Made by a program: the position numbers and the translations under genes
Shown: positions 27,329 through 32,000 of the stretch, piece by piece
Position numbering within the stretch: position 1 is the first letter of the stretch
Layout: each line of letters begins with the position of its first letter
NCBI GenBank assembly: GCA_040006075.1
Contig: JBDTXR010000004.1
Coordinates: 21,457 to 53,456 of the forward strand
Source of the DNA: Byssovorax sp.
GTDB lineage: Bacteria; Myxococcota_A; Polyangia; Polyangiales; Polyangiaceae
Direction: 5' to 3'
Length of the DNA stretch: 32,000 nucleotides
Notes under the pieces: generated by a model
The model's input: the letters and a program-made list of their open reading frames with translations, nothing else
The model's database searches: none
What the model was told of the DNA's origin: nothing

Positions 27329-28642
27329 TCACTTGACCTCCAGCGCGGGCGCGAGCTTGCGCATGGTGTAGGCGAGGCCCATGTCGGCGTCCTCGTCGCA
27401 GAGCTTGGTGTCACCGACGAAGAGCTGAGGCGTGGTGACCGGGAGCTTGTTGTTGACGATGAAGCGAAGCACCTTGTCGAGCCGGAGCTTGGTCTCCTTG
27501 CTGTCGATGCAGGCGTCGAGGCCGGGGTAGCGGGCGTTGATCATCGCCCGGACGCTGGCGGGGCCGGCGGCGGTCTTGGCCGTAGCGAGGATGTCTTCCT
27601 GGTTCTCGTACGCCCACTCGAGGACCTGCATGGCCCGGTGATCGCTGCACAGAATGGCCTTCGACACCGCGCAGGAGCCCGGGTGGAAGGGGCGCTCGAC
27701 CATCCAGTTGCAGTCGTTGTCGAGAGGGAAGAGGACCAGGGTGATATCCAGTTTGTCGAGGAAACCCTCGGCGGCGAGGCGCTGGTGAACGGCCTTGCAC
27801 GTGGGGCAGAGGGGGTCGACGAAGAAGGTCACGGGCTGGACGGCGCCCGGAGGAGTGATGTGGATCAGCGGATCGGCGGCCGTGGCCGGCTTCTCGAGCT
27901 TTCCACACGAGGTGATGTACGTGGAGTAGCTGGGCAGGGCGCTGATGTAGAGCAGCGCCGGGGTGATGGTGAAGAGGCCGAGCGCCGCGAACCAGAGCGG
28001 GACGAGCCAGGTGCCGTCGGGCCGCGCCTCGTTCTTGCGGGCCTCGGCGCTGAGTCCGTACGGCTCTTCGTCGATGAGCGTTTTGTCGGCCCCACCGCCA
28101 GGATACCCCGGGCGCGCCGGCCGTGGAGTCGGCGGCTGCGCGCGCCGATCGAGGACGAAGAGGGCGATCGCGGCGATGGCGAGGACGGTGGAAGAGACGT
28201 AAATCCCGACGCAGACCTTGCAGAAATGGCCGAGGCGGAGCGCGGAGATGGTCCCCATCAGGATCGACGCGAGCAGGGGAGTGACCCCGACCAGCGCGAA
28301 GAACAGGGGCGCGCGGCGCGGCGCGGTGCGGCCCGCGAGGAGCAAGTAGAGCGCGAACGCGGCGAAGAAGCAGAAAGAGCCGACCGCGAAGAGGGCGATG
28401 GGCACGCCGCCCCAGTACTTGTCGCGGAACAGCGCCGCGAAGGGGCTGTACATGGCGACGCGGCAGGCGTTGTCGGCCGTGGCCTCGGCGCCGAGACCCG
28501 GGACGTAGCTGCAATGCACGTCGTGGATCTGGCGATCGAGGTGCTTGGTGTAGTCGACCGACGAGAGCGCGGCGAACGTGAGGCCGAGGAGCGAAGCCGC
28601 CAGCGCCACTGCGGCCGGCAAGCGAGGAGAGGCGCCGGACAT
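27329..28642 (-). CDS. VKOR (vitamin K epoxide reductase)-family membrane protein fused to a DsbA/thioredoxin-like domain
   Basis: The N-terminal half has multiple transmembrane segments with paired Cys (HCSYVPG..., CKVC). The C-terminal half has FFVDPLCPTCKAVHQ (CxxC). The gene ends 1 nt before the downstream gene start. Confidence 0.65.
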   Translation of the reverse strand: MSGASPRLPAAVALAASLLGLTFAALSSVDYTKHLDRQIHDVHCSYVPGLGAEATADNACRVAMYSPFAALFRDKYWGGVPIALFAVGSFCFFAAFALYLLLAGRTAPRRAPLFFALVGVTPLLASILMGTISALRLGHFCKVCVGIYVSSTVLAIAAIALFVLDRRAQPPTPRPARPGYPGGGADKTLIDEEPYGLSAEARKNEARPDGTWLVPLWFAALGLFTITPALLYISALPSYSTYITSCGKLEKPATAADPLIHITPPGAVQPVTFFVDPLCPTCKAVHQRLAAEGFLDKLDITLVLFPLDNDCNWMVERPFHPGSCAVSKAILCSDHRAMQVLEWAYENQEDILATAKTAAGPASVRAMINARYPGLDACIDSKETKLRLDKVLRFIVNNKLPVTTPQLFVGDTKLCDEDADMGLAYTMRKLAPALEVK

Positions 28643-28735
28643 GGGTCAGGCCTTACGCGCATCGGCGAGCAGGGTCAATTGGGTCCCAGGATTGGCATTT
28701 GCGTCTCGATCTCCCGAGCGTTTCTTCTCACGACG

Positions 28736-29071
28736 TCACGCCTTCGCCGCCTTGGTCTCGATGTGGAAGGCCGGCGGCGCGATGCGTTCGCTCTGGCACT
28801 TCGGGCAGCTCCCCGGGGCCGTGTAGCGGTGGCGGTCCTTGAAGACGAAGCTGCACGAAAGGCACTCGGCCGGCTTGACCACGAGGCGTTCGCCCTTCGC
28901 TTTGAGGGATTTCTCGAGGTGCTCGAGGTGCTTCGGGATCTCTTTCTCGCTCATCCCGGCGCGGGCGGAGAGATCTTTCGAGGTCTTCGGGGCGCCGAGG
29001 AGGGCCTCGTGGAGGGCCGCGCGCGGCGTGACGGTGCGCTCGGGCGCGAGGGCGGGAGGTTTGCTCGGCAT
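28736..29071 (-). CDS. small HTH + zinc-ribbon putative transcriptional regulator
   Basis: 111-aa ORF. TSKDLSARAGMSEKEIPKHLEHLEKSL is HTH-like. CLSC...17 aa...CPKC is a four-Cys ribbon. Confidence 0.55.
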   Translation of the reverse strand: MPSKPPALAPERTVTPRAALHEALLGAPKTSKDLSARAGMSEKEIPKHLEHLEKSLKAKGERLVVKPAECLSCSFVFKDRHRYTAPGSCPKCQSERIAPPAFHIETKAAKA

Positions 29072-29119
29072 GGCGCGACGAGCGTACGGCAGGCGCGGCG
29101 CGGCGACGAGCGCGGCCGA

Positions 29120-30613
29120 TCAGAGCTCGACGAAGGTGAGGCCGCCGCCGGGGGCGGGATCGAGGAGGTAGCTCGCGCGCTCGAGGACCAGGAGGCAGAG
29201 CGGGCTCTCGCTCGATGGGCGAGCCGTGCGCGTGCCGGCGCCCGCGGCGGCGTGGACCGCGCCGTCGACCGAGCGGATGGCCCAGTCGCGGCGGTGGCCG
29301 TCGTCGCGGCGGCAGGTGCCGAGGCGCGCGGCGACCGCGGGCGAGGGGAGATCGATCGGCGTTACCGCCTCGACGGTCGCGCCCTCGTGGCGCGGCGCGA
29401 AGGCGAGATCGACGAGGCGGCAGCGGGCGCGATCGCCGGGCGCGGCGACGAGGATCGCGACGTGGAGGACGCCGGATCGCTCGGCGAAGAGGGCCGGCGG
29501 CCCTTCGTCGAGCGGCTCGGCGTCGTCCACGGTGATCTCGTCGAAGCGCCGCGGAGGGCCGCGGCCGTCGATGAGGGCGTGGTGGATCCGGACGCGTCCC
29601 GCGGCGGATTCGACGAGCACGACGTGACGGAAGCGCGAGCCGGTACCGGGCTGCGCGGCGACCGCGCCGCTCACCGCGACGAACGAGAGCGCCAGGCTCC
29701 ACGCGACGCGCCCCTCGGCGTCGGAGGCGAACTGGCCGTCGCTGAAGCGGGTGAGCGCGAGGAGCCCGCCGGCGGGATCGCGCCCGATCACGAAGAGATC
29801 GAGATCGTGATCCGGGTGCTGCACGGCCGGGGCGAGCACGGCGTCGGGCGTGAAATCCAGGGCGAGGCGCGCCGGGGGATCGCCGTTCGTTGGAGCAGCA
29901 ACGATCGCCGCGCCCTCGCCGAACGCGACCCACCCGAACCAGTCGTCGCGCAGGGACTGCTCGGCGAGGGGGCTGGCGAGGCCCGAGGCCGACGGCGCCG
30001 CGGCGACGAGGCGGGTGACGCTGCGCCGGGCGAGGCCGGTGAACGGGGCGACGCGAGGCTCGAACGAGGCGAAGAAGACGGCGCTGTCGTCGCCGTCGCG
30101 GTGGATCCAGGCGGCGGCGATCTCCGGCTCGCCGCCCGCGACGCCGCCGAGGTGGACGACGGCGCTGGCCGCGCGGAGCGGGGTGACCGTGATCTCGAGC
30201 GGCGCGGCGTCGAGGACGAGAGGGCCCCACGCCAGGCGCGATTCGACGACGTAGCGGCCCGGCGCGCCGAGCCGCGCGAGCTCGCCGAGGCAGAGGCGAC
30301 CGCGCCACGCGCCGCCCGGCGGGATGGCGACGAGGACCGCGGCGCTGTCGGGGAGCGGCCGGCTGGGGCGGCCCCGCGCGAGGCTGAGCCGATCGAAGGC
30401 GAAGCGATCGCCGGGGCCGGGGCCGGTGACGCTGAACGTCGGCTGCCAGTTGGCGATCGACTCCGGATCGGGCAGCTCGACGGGGGTGCGCCCGCGGTTC
30501 ACCAGCGCGAGATCGAGGACGATGTCTTCGCCCGCGACGAAGCGCGGCGACGCGGCGCCGAGGAGGTACGCGAGGGCGGGCGCCGCCGGTGGCTCCGATC
30601 CTGGAATGGGCAT
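29120..30613 (-). CDS. hypothetical protein (about 497 aa)
   Basis: It is a long ORF with coding-like GC3 bias. Start ATG 30613 (MPIPGSEPP...) is preferred over the Arg-rich extension to 30730. I recognise no motif. Confidence 0.5.
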   Translation of the reverse strand: MPIPGSEPPAAPALAYLLGAASPRFVAGEDIVLDLALVNRGRTPVELPDPESIANWQPTFSVTGPGPGDRFAFDRLSLARGRPSRPLPDSAAVLVAIPPGGAWRGRLCLGELARLGAPGRYVVESRLAWGPLVLDAAPLEITVTPLRAASAVVHLGGVAGGEPEIAAAWIHRDGDDSAVFFASFEPRVAPFTGLARRSVTRLVAAAPSASGLASPLAEQSLRDDWFGWVAFGEGAAIVAAPTNGDPPARLALDFTPDAVLAPAVQHPDHDLDLFVIGRDPAGGLLALTRFSDGQFASDAEGRVAWSLALSFVAVSGAVAAQPGTGSRFRHVVLVESAAGRVRIHHALIDGRGPPRRFDEITVDDAEPLDEGPPALFAERSGVLHVAILVAAPGDRARCRLVDLAFAPRHEGATVEAVTPIDLPSPAVAARLGTCRRDDGHRRDWAIRSVDGAVHAAAGAGTRTARPSSESPLCLLVLERASYLLDPAPGGGLTFVEL

Positions 30614-30767
30614 GTCTCGTTGGCGCGCGGCCGGGTCGCGTCGGGCGAGGCGGCCGAGAATTCCCCTTTCTTTACCGTGAACTCGCCGCTGTGGGCCGGC
30701 AATAAAGCGGGGAGCAGGAAGTGGCCGCACGTTGACGCCCGCCCGCGCTCGGCTAGACGCTCGCGCT

Positions 30768-32000
30768 GTGTCCCTCGTCCCGCGACGCTCGCCCGATCAG
30801 TCGCTGACCAACCGGCTCGGCTACCGGATCGATCGGTTCCTCGGCTTGCACCCGGCCGTGCAGCTCGCGGCGGTGCTCAACGTCGCCGTCGTCCTGGCCT
30901 TCCTCTTCGGCTGCACGATCTACGTGCTCGACGCGCCGAGCGGCGCCGACGGCGGTGTTCACAGCCTCGCCGAGGGGTTCTGGTGGGCGATCACCAGGCT
31001 GCTCGACGGCGGCACGGTGGCCAGCGACGGGCGCACCGGCTTCGCGCGGCAGGTGTTCGGGATCGGCGTGACGCTGCTCGGGCTGGTCGCGGTGACGGTG
31101 CTCACCGGCGCGTTCGCGTCGAGCTTCTCGGATCGCCTCTCGTCGATCCGGCGCGGCTCGCTCCCGGTCTTCGAGAGCGGCCACGTGCTCTTGCTCGGGT
31201 GGAACGCGCACGCGGGCGTGATCGTGCGCGAGCTCGGCCGGACCGGGAAGCGGATCCGCCTGGTGATCGTGGCCGATCGCGATCGCGACGTGATCGAGGA
31301 GGGCGTGCGCGAGCAGCTCCTCGGGCGGAAGCACCGGCTCACGGTGGTGGTGCGCCACGGCGATCCGGCGACGGTGGCGGCGGTGCGCAAGGCCGCCGCG
31401 CGCCGCGCCCGCGCCGTGGTGATCTTGCCCGACAGCGACGTGGGCCACTGCCACGATCGCGCGGCGCTGCGCTCGCTCCTGGCGCTCGAGCGCGTCCTCG
31501 GCGATCGGGCCGAGCGGCCGCACATCATCGTCGAGGTCGCGAGCCAGAGCGGCCGCGAGATGGTGCGCCTGTGCGAGGGCGCGGGGCGCGACGTCGTCGT
31601 CGTCGAGGCCCACGGCGTCAACGCGCGGGTGCTCGCGCAGTCGGTGCGGCAGCGCGGCGCCTTCGGCGTGGCGCGGGCGATCCTCTCGCTCGACTCGCTC
31701 TCGATTTACGATTACCCGCCGGCGCTCTTCACCGGGCTCACCTTCGACGACGCCCACGCCTCGATCCGCAGCGGGATCCTCGTCGGCCTCCTCCGCGGCG
31801 ACGCGCCGCTGCTCTCACCGCCGGGCGAGACGCTGATCAGCCCCGACGATCAGCTCCTCGTCTTCAGCGATCAGGACGTGCGCCCGCGCATCGCCGGGGT
31901 GCCCGAGCGGAGGTCGCGCCCGCCGACCCTGGCGATCGCCCACGAGCCGCCGCCGCTCTTGCGGCTCTTGATCCTCCGCGTTCGCCCGGGCCTCGTGCGG
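30768..32000 (+). CDS. CASTOR/POLLUX-type (RCK/TrkA-N domain) putative ion channel; 3' end outside the window
   Basis: This frame is open to the window end but is not in the supplied ORF track. The translation is ...LTNRLGYRIDRFLGLHPAVQLAAVLNVAVVLAFLF...FWWAITRLLDGGTVA...GHVLLLGWNAHAGVIVRELG...VVRHGDP..., that is, membrane helices, a pore-like segment and an RCK-like domain. The start is uncertain (GTG 30768 or TTG 30732). Confidence 0.6.
   Translation, partial: MSLVPRRSPDQSLTNRLGYRIDRFLGLHPAVQLAAVLNVAVVLAFLFGCTIYVLDAPSGADGGVHSLAEGFWWAITRLLDGGTVASDGRTGFARQVFGIGVTLLGLVAVTVLTGAFASSFSDRLSSIRRGSLPVFESGHVLLLGWNAHAGVIVRELGRTGKRIRLVIVADRDRDVIEEGVREQLLGRKHRLTVVVRHGDPATVAAVRKAAARRARAVVILPDSDVGHCHDRAALRSLLALERVLGDRAERPHIIVEVASQSGREMVRLCEGAGRDVVVVEAHGVNARVLAQSVRQRGAFGVARAILSLDSLSIYDYPPALFTGLTFDDAHASIRSGILVGLLRGDAPLLSPPGETLISPDDQLLVFSDQDVRPRIAGVPERRSRPPTLAIAHEPPPLLRLLILRVRPGLVR

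Noticed and set aside
30753-31757. A 334-aa minus-strand ORF.
   Set aside because: It is antisense to a plus-strand frame with clear membrane-channel/RCK-like sequence that stays open to the window end. The minus-strand translation is Arg/Glu/Ala low complexity.

Overview
GC-rich bacterial chromosomal segment. Gene content and codon style suggest a myxobacterium-like organism, but that is inference only. The left flank (1-8962) and right flank (17002-32000) carry ordinary metabolic, envelope and translation genes. The centre (about 8963-17001) is an ~8 kb, nearly ORF-free island. In it I could hand-fold 38 co-oriented (+ strand) tRNA genes that together cover all 20 amino-acid specificities. 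The island also holds three aberrant tRNA-like or structured RNAs, two copies of a promoter / 62-codon small ORF / GC-hairpin module, and an HNH endonuclease gene. A Ro60/Rsr gene (TROVE + vWA) sits in the middle of the array, directly behind two tandem tRNA-His + stem-loop modules that are candidate Y RNAs. Many of the tRNAs are structurally non-standard: C33 anticodon loops, 3-5 nt D-loops, Ser tRNAs with an 8/4 Sec/allo-tRNA-like fold, Leu tRNAs without a long variable arm, and one tRNA-shaped gene with a ~61-nt insertion in the anticodon loop. I read the island as an auxiliary tRNA bank coupled to Ro60 RNA surveillance, and it is the main candidate for an undescribed system. All RNA folds and coordinates were derived by eye with no software and may be off by 1-2 nt. 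No database search was possible.
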